DNA from: Candidatus Poseidoniaceae archaeon | GTDB taxonomy: Archaea; Thermoplasmatota; Poseidoniia; Poseidoniales; Poseidoniaceae | DNA: 64,000 bases | Assembly (NCBI GenBank): GCA_045568435.1 | Contig: JBJLBB010000003.1 | Coordinates: 2,509-66,508 of the forward strand | Reading direction: 5' to 3' | Shown here: positions 48,871 to 60,500 of the stretch, piece after piece | Layout of the letters: every line of letters begins with the position of its first letter | How positions within the stretch are numbered: position 1 is the first letter of the stretch | Program-made: the position numbers and the translations under genes | Notes under the pieces: generated by a model | What the model was told of the DNA's origin: nothing | Seen by the model: the letters and a program-made list of their open reading frames with translations, nothing else | The model's database searches: none

Positions 48871-50078
48871 ATGCTATGTACACCCGCTACTATGAAGTCG
48901 CATGTTAAGCCAATTCTAGTGGTCTTGATTATGGTATCAATAAGCCTTGCTGGTTGTATTACTGGCGATTCAGGAGATAATGATGTTCCTGTTACTGCGG
49001 TCTTTTCTTATTCTCCAACAACCGTAATATTAGGACAGGAGATAGTGTTGAATTAGACGCATCTGCCTCATTGCCTCAAGATGGCTCTCTAACATATAGT
49101 TGGGATTGTGATGGCGATGGTGCTGCTGATGAAACTGGTCAAAAGACCGATTGTTCATGGGAAGTCGAAGGCACATACAGTGTCACATTGACTGTGGCCT
49201 CTGGTGGAATAAGTAATTCACAAACCAAAGACATAACAGTTACAGAGGCGCCAGTAGGAACTCCAACAGCAGAGATAACTCAATATGCAGATGAAGAAGA
49301 CTGCCTGTACGATGATATTGATGAAACAAAAAACATCTTGGTTTGGATTTGTGCGATGGATAAATCTGATTCAGACCGTGAAGTCACTGAAACAACAATC
49401 GTTCAACTAGACGGCTCAGATTCAGTGTCTGGCGGAGATAGTGAGTATATTACAACCTGGAACTGGGATATAAATCTTGAATATGACTCTGACGGTGATG
49501 GAAATTTGGAGAATGATGCTGACCTAACTGGTGAAAGCGTTGAATGGAAAGATGTGGCACCTGGGGAATATGAAGTCAATCTTTCTGTCACCAATAGTGC
49601 AGGGTCAATGGATGGAGATAAAATCAAAGTCTATGTTTCATATTATGGTGAATGGAAAGATTTTCAAATCGATGGAAATAATTCAGGCTCCCCAAAGGTG
49701 ATTGAATTTGATATGCCTGTAGTCTATGATAGAGACCAAGGCAATACAATCAGAAAAGTAGAGACAATTCTAACCTATCCCCAAGTAGATGATGATTGTG
49801 TACTTGGCGAGAATCAATGTGCTAATACTTTGAATCTATACGCATTCAATGAAGAGGATGATGAAGCATCAAATACTTCAGAAACCGCTAATGAGAACCG
49901 TGATGCTGGAGACTGTGATGATGATGAAAATTATTGTGTAATGCTACTTCTCAGTTCCTACATGTTTACCGAAACAGAATCGACATATGGTGATGGAGAA
50001 TGGCTAATGCAGATTAGAAATAACCGTTGGAATGACGTTCAAGTTGAATCGATGGTCATTATTTTGCACTATAAATGA
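48871..50078 (+). CDS. PKD-domain surface lipoprotein (frameshifted as sequenced near 49025-49045)
   Basis: Signal peptide with lipobox ISLAGC. The PKD consensus is split across frames: frame 1 ...PVTAVFSYSPTTVIL then frame 3 TGDSVELDASASLPQDGSLTYSWDCDGDG...YSVTLTV. Confidence 0.6.
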
Positions 50079-50138
50079 ATAAATAATCCTCTTATTCTAT
50101 TTAGAAAGCCCTTTGATGGATAGCCTCGAGGGTAGTAT

Positions 50139-51590
50139 ATGCGAAGAACCCGAATCGTTGCTACGATTGGTCCAGCATCTCAAGACGAATCAACTTTGAA
50201 ATCGTTATTGAAAGCCGGAGTAGATGTTTGTCGTCTAAATTATTCACATGGTGAACCTGAACACAAAACTCCGATCTATGAACGAATTCGTTCAATGGAA
50301 AAAGAAATAGGTAGGCCTACATGTATTCTTGCAGACCTTCCAGGGCCTAAACTAAGACTTGGTGAATTCCCCGGCGTAGTATTACTTGAGAGAGGAAGGA
50401 AAGTTGAACTCCACTGTGGAGTTCATCAAATGGACGATGCTTCACAGTCAAAATTACCAGTACAATACGATGGCCTTTCTGCTGAATTAAAGCCAGAAGA
50501 CCCAGTTTTAATCGCTGATGGATTGATACGGTTGAAAGTAGAAAAATCCCCTGGGGAATCTGGAGGAATTGTAGTTTGTACAGTTGAAGACGGCGGACCA
50601 GTGAGCGCTCGTAAGGGAATAAATGTACCAGGGACTCTAGTTGACTTACCGGCTATTGGGCCTAAGGATAAAGCCGCCCTCGCTCATGCTTTAGAGGCTG
50701 GAGCAGATTATGTCGCAGTTAGTTATGTTAGAACTCCTGAAGATCTATTGCCTGCCAAAGAAGCAATTGCAGCAGCAGGTCAACATGTGCCAGTTATTGC
50801 TAAAATCGAACATCCAGTCGCTCTCGAGCACCTTAATGACATTCTCGATTTAGCAGATGCTGTAATGGTCGCTAGAGGAGATTTAGGTGTTGAGATCCCA
50901 CTGGAACAAGTCCCACAAGCCCAACAAAGAATTGTCGATGGAGCGATAAAGAGGGGAATGGTCGTTATTGTAGCAACACAAATGCTGGAGACCATGACTC
51001 TTAATCCACGCCCAACCCGTGCTGAGGTTAGTGATGTTTCTACCGCAATACGTCACGGCGCCACTGCAGTAATGCTCTCAGGAGAAACAGCTTCAGGAGA
51101 TTATCCTTTACAAGCGGTTGAAACAATGGCCAAAATAGCAACCGCTACCGAACAAGGCTTAGCATCCAGTGAGGTACGCCCAGGCGCACAAGCTACCTAC
51201 AAAACTACTAGGGCAGTTGCTCATGCAGGCGTTGAACTAGCTAAGATGTCAGGGGCGGTTAGAATTATGGTTGCAACCGAACACGGTAATGCGCCTCGTT
51301 TGGTTTCAGCGTATCAGCCAGGTATTCCTATCACTGCAGTTACAGACAGAGTTCGTGCAGCAAGAAGAGTTCAACTTTTGCCAGGTGTTGACAGTCTAAT
51401 AGTCAAAGAATTCGAGCGAGGCTCTCAAACAATGCAAGAGGGATTAAAGATTCTATGTGAGCGTGGAGAGGTTGTAGTTGGCCAAAGAGTAGTTGCTATT
51501 TCGGGTAGTCCTTTAGCGATACGAGGTGCTACTAGTACCACTCGATTATATCGTATTGCAGATGATGGTTCGATTCAAGGCGCAGAGTAG
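50139..51590 (+). CDS. pyk: Pyruvate kinase
   Basis: RRTRIVATIGPAS...KLRLG..., MVARGDLGVEIP and a C-terminal domain. Confidence 0.95.
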   Translation: MRRTRIVATIGPASQDESTLKSLLKAGVDVCRLNYSHGEPEHKTPIYERIRSMEKEIGRPTCILADLPGPKLRLGEFPGVVLLERGRKVELHCGVHQMDDASQSKLPVQYDGLSAELKPEDPVLIADGLIRLKVEKSPGESGGIVVCTVEDGGPVSARKGINVPGTLVDLPAIGPKDKAALAHALEAGADYVAVSYVRTPEDLLPAKEAIAAAGQHVPVIAKIEHPVALEHLNDILDLADAVMVARGDLGVEIPLEQVPQAQQRIVDGAIKRGMVVIVATQMLETMTLNPRPTRAEVSDVSTAIRHGATAVMLSGETASGDYPLQAVETMAKIATATEQGLASSEVRPGAQATYKTTRAVAHAGVELAKMSGAVRIMVATEHGNAPRLVSAYQPGIPITAVTDRVRAARRVQLLPGVDSLIVKEFERGSQTMQEGLKILCERGEVVVGQRVVAISGSPLAIRGATSTTRLYRIADDGSIQGAE

Positions 51591-51719
51591 ATAAAATAAC
51601 CCATTGAGAATTAATAATCGGCTCATACAGTGCCTTTTTTAATATTTTGACACAGTAGATTCTATGCGTCGCTTTCAAATAGGGGATTATTGTCGGATGG
51701 CTGCTAAGGAGTAATTAAT

Positions 51720-53015
51720 ATGCCAGCACAATGGGAAGATAAGACTAAGCCACACCGTAATATTGTATTCGTCGGTCACGTAGACCACGGAAAGTCGACC
51801 ACTGTAGGTCGTCTTCTGTTGGACTCAGGTCACATCGAAGAACACGTTATCGAAAAGAACGAAAAGTTAGCTGCAGAAGCTGGTAAAGCCGGTTTCGGAC
51901 TTGCTTACGTTATGGACGGATTAAAGGAAGAGAGAGAGCGTGGAATTACTATCGACGTTGCTCACAAGGAATTCTTCACCCCTAAGTACTACTGGACTAT
52001 CATTGATGCTCCAGGTCACCGAGATTTCGTAAAGAACATGATTACTGGTGCTTCTCAAGCAGATACAGCAGTTCTTCTATGTGCTGCTAACGATGGTGTA
52101 AACGCTCAAACCAAGGAACACGCTTTCCTAGCTAAGGTTCTTGGTGTTAAGGAACTGATTGTCCACGTCAACAAGATGGATATTTCTGGTGTTGACTGGT
52201 CAGAAGACAAGTACAAGGCTGCATGCAGTCAAGTTACAGACTTGCTAAAGATGGCTGGATTTGGTTCTCAACTTGATAACATACCAATGATCCCTGCATC
52301 TTCTTTGAAGGGCGACAACGTTTTCGAAAAGAGTGCAAACACTCCATGGTATAATGGACCTACACTTTTCGAAGCTATCGATGCTGCAGCAATGCCTAAC
52401 AAGCCAATCGACAAGCCTCTAAGACTACCTATCCAAGATGTGTACAAGATTTCCGGTATTGGAACTGTACCTGTTGGTAAGATCGAAACAGGAACTTTGA
52501 ATGTTGGTAAGACAGTTGTCTTCAACCCATCTCAAAAGTCTGCTGAAGTCAAGTCGATTGAAATGCACCACACAATGGTACCAAAGGCAGAACCTGGAGA
52601 CAACGTTGGTTTCAACGTTCGTGGCCTAGCTGCAGTTGACATCCGCCGTGGTGACGTTGCAGGATACTCCGACAGTGAGCCAACCTTTGTCCGTCACGAC
52701 GAAACTTTCGTTGGACAAATCCAACTTATGGATATTCCAAAGGCTGTATCAATCGGTTACACCCCAGTTTTCCACTCTCACACCGCACAAGTTGCAGTGA
52801 GATTCCAAGAACTACTAGAAAAGACAAACAAGAATGGTAAAGAAGCTAACCCATCTTTCCTAAAGACTGGTGACGCTTGTTTGATTCGTTTCCAACCAAC
52901 AAAGCCACTTGCAATTGAGCAAATGGATACCTTCCCTGAATTATCCCGTTTCGCTATCCGTGACATGGGTAAGACAGTTGCTGCTGGTGTCTGTTTAAAG
53001 ATTGAAAAGAAGTGA
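51720..53015 (+). CDS. tuf: Translation elongation factor 1-alpha (aEF1A)
   Basis: GHVDHGKST and DAPGHRDF G-motifs plus NKMD. 431 aa. Confidence 0.95.
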   Translation: MPAQWEDKTKPHRNIVFVGHVDHGKSTTVGRLLLDSGHIEEHVIEKNEKLAAEAGKAGFGLAYVMDGLKEERERGITIDVAHKEFFTPKYYWTIIDAPGHRDFVKNMITGASQADTAVLLCAANDGVNAQTKEHAFLAKVLGVKELIVHVNKMDISGVDWSEDKYKAACSQVTDLLKMAGFGSQLDNIPMIPASSLKGDNVFEKSANTPWYNGPTLFEAIDAAAMPNKPIDKPLRLPIQDVYKISGIGTVPVGKIETGTLNVGKTVVFNPSQKSAEVKSIEMHHTMVPKAEPGDNVGFNVRGLAAVDIRRGDVAGYSDSEPTFVRHDETFVGQIQLMDIPKAVSIGYTPVFHSHTAQVAVRFQELLEKTNKNGKEANPSFLKTGDACLIRFQPTKPLAIEQMDTFPELSRFAIRDMGKTVAAGVCLKIEKK

Positions 53016-53053
53016 TTCTGATATTTGGCGAGTAATTGGTTGGAGGATTAATT

Positions 53054-53383
53054 TTGGCAGCAGTAACAATTATCAAATTAACTGGTGAAAACCACAGCGA
53101 CCTCGATAAAGTTGCTAGTCAAATTAAGACCATCTGTGATACAGGTGGAATCTCACTTAGAGGTCCTATACCTCTGCCAACACGTCGATTGGTTGTTCCA
53201 GTTCGCAAAGCACCAGATGGTGAAGGAAGCGAAACATACGATCATTGGGAATTAAGAGTTCACAAGCGTTTGCTTGAGATGGATATCAATACCGGTAAGG
53301 ACGAGTCTGCTTTGAGACAAGTTACTAGAATTGAGATTCCAGACACAGTAAGTATTGAACTTTCAATGCGTGTTGTTAACTGA
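53054..53383 (+). CDS. rps10: 30S ribosomal protein S10
   Basis: IKLTG...GPIPLPT+R...KRLLEMD... S10 signature. TTG at 53054 sits 6 nt after GGAGGA. The ORF-track start at 53036 is also TTG. Confidence 0.85.
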   Translation: MAAVTIIKLTGENHSDLDKVASQIKTICDTGGISLRGPIPLPTRRLVVPVRKAPDGEGSETYDHWELRVHKRLLEMDINTGKDESALRQVTRIEIPDTVSIELSMRVVN

Positions 53384-53394
53384 AACCAATCTCT

Positions 53395-54492
53395 TCAAAG
53401 AGATTCAACTTCAGCCACACCAGATTCAATCAGCCAATTAGCAGTTTCTTTGTCTAAGTAATGAACATCTTCTTTCTCAAGAAGGATTTCTTCCCCATCT
53501 CCTACAGAGATAGGTTCTGGAAATGATTCTATGACTCTTATTCGAATCAAATCATTGTCTGGAGAATTTTCTTCTGCTTTAACCTCTTTACTTTCTGGAA
53601 TATCTAAGTTATCAAGTTCTATTGTATTGCTTGATTCTTTTGATGGAGCTAATTCCATTGCAGCAGAATGTTTGTTTGATTGCTTCTCGGGTTTCTTTTC
53701 AATTTGTTCAACAGATTTATTTTCAATAAGGTCACTTTGAGCAAACTCGTCGATATCGGGCCATTGGTCAACTAAAAAGCGGTCTTCTTCATCTATTTCT
53801 TGCGGGATTTCTTGTTGAGTTTGTTCGTCTGCAAATACTAAATCAGGTGGTGGACTTCCTGTTAATCCCTTATCTTGGTCAACAAATGAGTCTAATTGCA
53901 TAGTACCAGGTGAATGAACCATTTTTTCAATCATATTTCCAGTCAATTCTCCATTCTGCATAGAATTCCAATCGATATCTTTCTTGAAACGGTCCATTTG
54001 AATCTGCAGACCATGGTAGAAGGCTTTCTCAGCCGGGTCATGTCTCTGCCAGTCAAGAGGGGGCAAGTCTTGTGACATGCCTGGTTGCGAAGCGATCCTG
54101 AGTGATTGGGAAGCAACATGTTGCATCATAGCAACCAGTCTTTTTCTTGCCAACTCCGAAGCGATTCTTCTAACATTAGCCTGTCTTTTCTGAAGATTCT
54201 GTAATCTAATTCCAGTCATCCCATTCATCATCATATGCTGAATATCTAGGTCAATATCTGAAAGTAATTTACCTACGGTTTGCCAAAAATCAGGTCTAGG
54301 TAAAGCGACTGGCACATGCCTTGAGGATTGCTGCCGACGGGTGGCGAATAGTTCTTCTTCGATCTCTCGCGCTTGTGCGCTATCGAGGTATCGGTCCTCC
54401 GTCATCATGGGTTGGTAGAGTTGACGGGTTTTGAACATTGATGTATTACTGGCTAAACATCGAGACAACTGATTAATTATTGATGACCTCAC
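53395..54492 (-). CDS. Hypothetical acidic protein; C-terminal ~50 aa GINS-like (tentative)
   Basis: C-terminus IRIRVIESFPEPISVGDGEEILLEKEDVHYLDKETANWLIESGVAEV resembles the Gins51/Psf B-domain plus the LPxWLAxxL...G.A helix. Long acidic linker. Confidence 0.4.
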   Translation of the reverse strand: MRSSIINQLSRCLASNTSMFKTRQLYQPMMTEDRYLDSAQAREIEEELFATRRQQSSRHVPVALPRPDFWQTVGKLLSDIDLDIQHMMMNGMTGIRLQNLQKRQANVRRIASELARKRLVAMMQHVASQSLRIASQPGMSQDLPPLDWQRHDPAEKAFYHGLQIQMDRFKKDIDWNSMQNGELTGNMIEKMVHSPGTMQLDSFVDQDKGLTGSPPPDLVFADEQTQQEIPQEIDEEDRFLVDQWPDIDEFAQSDLIENKSVEQIEKKPEKQSNKHSAAMELAPSKESSNTIELDNLDIPESKEVKAEENSPDNDLIRIRVIESFPEPISVGDGEEILLEKEDVHYLDKETANWLIESGVAEVESL

Positions 54493-54515
54493 CTCGCGGA
54501 GCGAGGTGAATAGAG

Positions 54516-57500
54516 ATGTCAGCCAAACAGCAAAAATTCGGCGATATTTATCGTCCGGATTTCAAAGTGTTGTTATTGGTTACAATACTCATGACTAGTA
54601 CATTAATCAATGTACCAGCCCAACACTCTTCCTCATGGGATTCTCAAGAACCTATTCAATGGAATAATAATATTGATTTTTCACCACAAGCCAATCAATC
54701 ACATATCAATACTACAGTTTCTTCGATGATTGAAGTGCCTGCAAACCATACACTGACCTCTGGTCAAGTAGATGTATCTCCAATTTGGCAAAAAGCCGAT
54801 AGTGATGGTACAGTTTTTGACACAAATGACATATTTTGGAATGGTTCATATCAGCAAACTACCCAATCCTCTCGCGATGGCCAACTAAGACTTGAGAGAA
54901 ATAGTTCGATTGGTGATATAACTGACTTTGAAACTACAACAGTGGTTCCTTCTGAAGGATGGTCTAGTAACGGTAAAGACTCCAATACTTGGACAATTAT
55001 CTCACCATCCCCTAATGCAATAATTAGCCAGTCTGGAATGTCCCTTCCCGATGAAGGATACAATGGAAGTGCTTTTCTTTCAACTTCAGATAGTGGGGAT
55101 TTGAATTCTTCAATGCATTCATGTTTACGTTCTCCAAGTTTGGATATGCCTAGAATGATAAATAACTTTTCAATATCCTTTGACCATTGGTTAGCTTTGG
55201 ATTCTACCGATGCTGCATGGGTCGAACTGCTGGATGTAAATGGTAATTGGATTGCTTTAACACCAATTAACGGGGTGAGTCAGTCCTCAAGTCTACAATA
55301 TGCTCCGAGTGTGGTTTGGACGGGTGAATCTAATTCATGGAGTCGTGTTGAAATTATGTTGGACTCTCATGTTTCATCAACTCAAGATTCGTTAAACCTA
55401 CAGTTATGCTATGAAACAAGTAATTTGTCAGTTCCACGTGGAGGGTGGTTTGTCGACCAACTCTCAATTTTTAATGAAGGGGAGCATAGAGGTGCTTTTT
55501 TCCATGGAAATCTTACTGGCGATTATCTCCCCAATTCTAATTCCAAATACATCATACCGATGAATTTCTCCTCTATCCCAACGGTTGATGAAATAGAAAT
55601 AAGCATGAGTTGGGATGTTCAAGGATATCTATATGATTACTTAACGGTTGAATATTCAATAGATAACGGGTCATCTTGGAACTTCATTTCCGGATATTAT
55701 GGTGTTCCTGGAACAGGAATTTGGCATAATGGAATTATAAATTATGGTGAATCAAATGGCTGGGTACCTATTTTTATGAACCTTAATTATAACTTTTCGA
55801 ACTCTTCAGCTTTGAATAATACCTTGGTTAGGATCTCAGTAATTACAGATTCATCAGTAAATTTTGGTGGTAAAGTTTCCAGTGAGTGGGAAGGATTTGC
55901 TATTGATAACATCATACTTCATAGTGGTAGAAACGGGCCAAATCCTTCTTCAGTATTGCATAGTGACTTTTCTACCATGCCAAATCTCTCTCTCGGCTCC
56001 CAAGATGGATGGTTGATATCTTATGGGACAAACTACAACACTCAATGGCAGTGGACAGATACGTTAGGAGTTGACTCAATGGAAGTAACCAACTTTTCAT
56101 TCGATAATGGAAACATTTTACCTGCAGGATGGTCTTTAATTTCGATTGACCAGAAGCAATGGCAGGTTGGAACGATTCCTAATGGAACCACCTATGGCCC
56201 AAGTATGTGGCCTTCAGGACAACAAGGTGCTGGAACATATCTTGGTGGCCCATACAGAAATGAAATGCTTACTCATCTATACTCTCCCGAATATTTCCTT
56301 CCCGTAGGTTCATCATCAAGATTATCATTCAAGAGTTGGGTTTGCACTGAAGCCAATTGGGACGGTGGGGCAGTATCTATTTCTACAGATGGTGGATTGA
56401 ATTGGTGGTATATACCGCCGGCTATCGGTACTTTCCATGACCAAATTTCAACGATTAATTCCAATTCACCGTTTTATGGCGAAGGTATTCTTGATGGTTC
56501 AACAATTCCGGGCGGTTGTCAAAATGCTGCAAGGCCTTTCGATGATAAGGTCTTTGAAACCACCAACCTTTCAAGTGAAAATATTAGATTTAGGTATTCT
56601 TTCTTCTCAGATCAATTGCTAGAATTCGACGGTTGGTACATCGATGATGCTGGTATTGAAATAGATATTTTCGAATTACAAGGAACATGGACATCTCCTA
56701 TTGTTTCACCTAACCCAATGTTTGGATGGGGCCATCTAGATGGATTTGTTCAGCAACCAGATAATACTTCAATTCGTTTTGACATCTTGGATATTAATAA
56801 TAATACGATTGCTGGTTATACAAATCAGTCATTACCAATAGATATTCAATTAGACCCAGAAATATATCCGAATTTAAGAATTAGAGCAAATCTAACAACT
56901 TCTAATGAATTGGTTTCACCTTCTATTGAATTTTTATCGATTGGATTTTCAACATATTTTGATGCTTATCACTATAAAAATATGGCTAATGATTCAAGGT
57001 ATTCTGGCTCATATTCTCATTTATCACTAAATGGTGACAATATTTTCGCTAATCAAGTTTCATATCTAAGAATACAAACTACCAGTTTTTGTCCTCAAAT
57101 AGGTACACAAATGTCATCAGTTGGAGATAATATCTCTCTTTACTCATCCCAGTTTGGCTTAGATTCTACATATTTCGATACAGAGATATCCAATTTCCGA
57201 GTTTTGAACTTTAGCAATAACCAACAAATTTCTTCCAGTCTTACTGATTCAGTTCAGTTGACTTTGCTTACAGGACAGAAATTTACTAAATTCGCCTACC
57301 ATCCAATTTGTGCTAAATCTCCTATAAGTCCAGAAGTTGGTCTTGGTAATCAAAACCAAAGTATCTTTTCTTGGCCGGTCACTAATTCTGGTAAAGAGTT
57401 TGGAATAACTACTGAATTCTCTTCGATTACAAGTAATGGGATTACTAATTATTCTAATGTTAATGGAGCAGTTGAACTAGAACTATTAGATGGACAACAG

Positions 57501-60500
57501 GTTCAAGTTGATTACAAAATGCTTCTTTCTGTTAATGGACATCAAGTTACTGGCAACCAAAATAATCATGTTCCTACATCCTTTTTGATAAATTTAGTTT
57601 CACAGAGTTCTATTTCCTCTCTATCTTATTCTACTACCAATGATGTAATAATCTCTTCAACAAATGAATTATCAACAGTTCAATCTAGAGTTGTCAGCCC
57701 AGAAGTATGTCCGAACTTCACTTTCCCAAATGGCTTGATATCTGATGATTATGGAATTGCTTCATGTACAATTAATCTATCTGCAAGCGGAAATATGACT
57801 GCACGTTTTTCAAATCTTCAATCAATGTCTCCAGTTCAAAAAGTTCAATTAGAGATAGGGCATTCAATGTTGAATGAAATCAAAAATAATTCATATCAAG
57901 GCAATGATAGAGAATTATTGTATATCCCAATGACAGTAGAAACGGTTTCAGGTTCAATTAATATCAATATGACCACAACCTCATACCTACATCAGATTGA
58001 TACAATCAATAGCATAAGTAGAGATAGATGGCTTCCTGAACAAATAATCAGTATCAATACCTCTCACATAAGATTTGATCCAGTAACCATGAGCGAACAC
58101 AATCATCAACTGGAAAAAGTGAAACTAATTTTATCTCCAAATCCAAACGCTCAAGACTCAATAATCGAAATCGAGGTCTCAAACCTTTACTCGAGTAAAG
58201 ATGTATCGATTATCAAAGGTAGTAACTTAATTCAATTAGAAGATGGAAGTACCTCGGTAAATTGTATTGCTGGCTTTTGTCAAATCCAATGGATGATTAC
58301 TAGCACATGGCAACTAGATGACATTGACGATATTCATTGGATGGTAGTTTCACAAGACACTTCTGGATTGGAGACAGGTCCCGATTTACTGATTCGACAA
58401 ACTGCATTTAATGAAGTTGAAAATGATTTAGAAATTATCCAATTCGAGGCTTTTGATGATGAAAATGCATTACATGATTGGACTGATGCAGACTGGCCTT
58501 TCCATATACAGTCCAATGAATCAATTACGGTAAACGGCCAAGTTAGATTCCAAGGAGTCTCTAATAATTTCATTTTACCAGACCAAGCAAGAATCGAGGT
58601 TAAATTACAAGCAGTGCCTCCAAAGAATATTTCAGGAGGCCAAGATGTCTGGCCTGAGGCACCTGTAAATTGGAGTGATTCTTGGTTTATTGAAGTGGGT
58701 GTTAATGGTTATTTTTCAACCATAATAAACACCCCTGATTCGCTTATTGTACCATCCAATACCTCTTTAGAGATTTCAGCTCATATAGTAAGAATAGGTC
58801 CAATTGGCCAACAATCTAATACCTCGAATGATATGACTGCGATTTATCAAAAGACTCGGATATTATTTGATATTGAGTCACCCGAGGTTATTTCTCTTGA
58901 CGTATTAGACCCCGGGGGGCAAGTTCCAGCTGATGAACATGTATGGATTTCAGGACAGGATATTCCATTGAGGGCAACCATCTCCGATGTTGAAGGACTT
59001 AGCCCATTGATTACAGTGTGGTCTTGGTCTGAGAGTAAAGATGACCTCGACGGCGATGGAGTGATGGATTTAGAAGAATATGTATCTACTACTGCAACCG
59101 TCAATACTGGTTCTAAGTCTGCTATTGTCGACCTACCTATCTTTTCATGGTTTGATGTTAGGGGCTCTAAGGAAAGTGGTAGGTTGAGTATTTTCATTGA
59201 GTCTCAAGATTTGGCAGGTAATCTATTGTCAGGTGGAGGAAGTTTTGGCGAGGGGCAAGATTTAGCGACTGTGATAGTTCAAAATCAATATGCCACGTTC
59301 TTTGATTTTGATACCCTCGATTTAGATTTAATCGAACAACAGATACTTCCAGGATTTGAACATAAACTCCAGTTTAGTTTAACCGACGCGAATGGAATTG
59401 ATTCCTTGGATGAAATACAATTAGCGATACTTGGAAGGGACACACAGGAACAATGTTTTATCCATCATTCACCGCGATTTTCCAATACACAATATGATAG
59501 CGATTGCTTTGTGGTTAAACCAGAAGTAATCATTAATCAACAGGAAGGTTTCCTAGTATGGGATATAGAATTTAATTTTAGGGTCTCTTGGCAAATAACC
59601 GAATCCTTGCCTCAAGAGGAATGGATTCCTTCGGTCAAAATATTTGATGAGGGTCAAGATTTGTATCTTGGAGTATCATTACTCACTATGTTTGAATGGA
59701 CTTTCAATAACAATATAGAATTTTCACATGTAGAAATACTTGAGCAATCAGGGCCTATTGGTTCTAATACAGGCCAAGAGATTTGGTTACAAAGTAATGA
59801 TATAATAGGAATGAACCTGTATTTAGAATTCATCAACCTAAGTATTCCAGTTCAATATCTAAATGATTACTTTTCAATCACTGGAGTAATTAATAATCAA
59901 ACTTCTAACCTATTAGAAAATATGACATTTAACGACCAAGGGCCCATTAATGTTGAATTTATTGCCAAGCCATCTTATGCTGAATCTGCAGAATTCTCAT
60001 TAGAGTTGAGATTATTTTCACCTCAATTGCAGCCCCTAGCTTCTCGAACCCTCCAAGTATATCTCGATGATTCTCCCCCGATTTTCTCTTTGAGTCTACA
60101 AGATTTACTGAAAGTCGACTCAAATAGATTATCTGAAATACCAATATTTGCTACAATTAGTGATGACATACCACTTAATGAACCAAGATTAGAAGTCAAT
60201 TGGTTTTTCTCAGAAAATGGTTCAATAATACAAGGAACGAGTGGAAGTCAAATAATTAATTCAACTGAAATAACCCAATTTAACACCTATTTTGATGCAT
60301 TTATCGACATAACTCCTAGTGATGAATCATTATTCTCTAGAGATAGCGAGATTGTGATTTGGTTTGCTGCCACTGATAATTCAGGACTTGAATTGACTGG
60401 ATTTGGAACTTCTAGTGACCCATTGAAACCCCGTCTTAATTGGATTGATTTTGAACCTCAATTAGATACTGTTAGGATTGAAACTAAAAATCCTACATTT

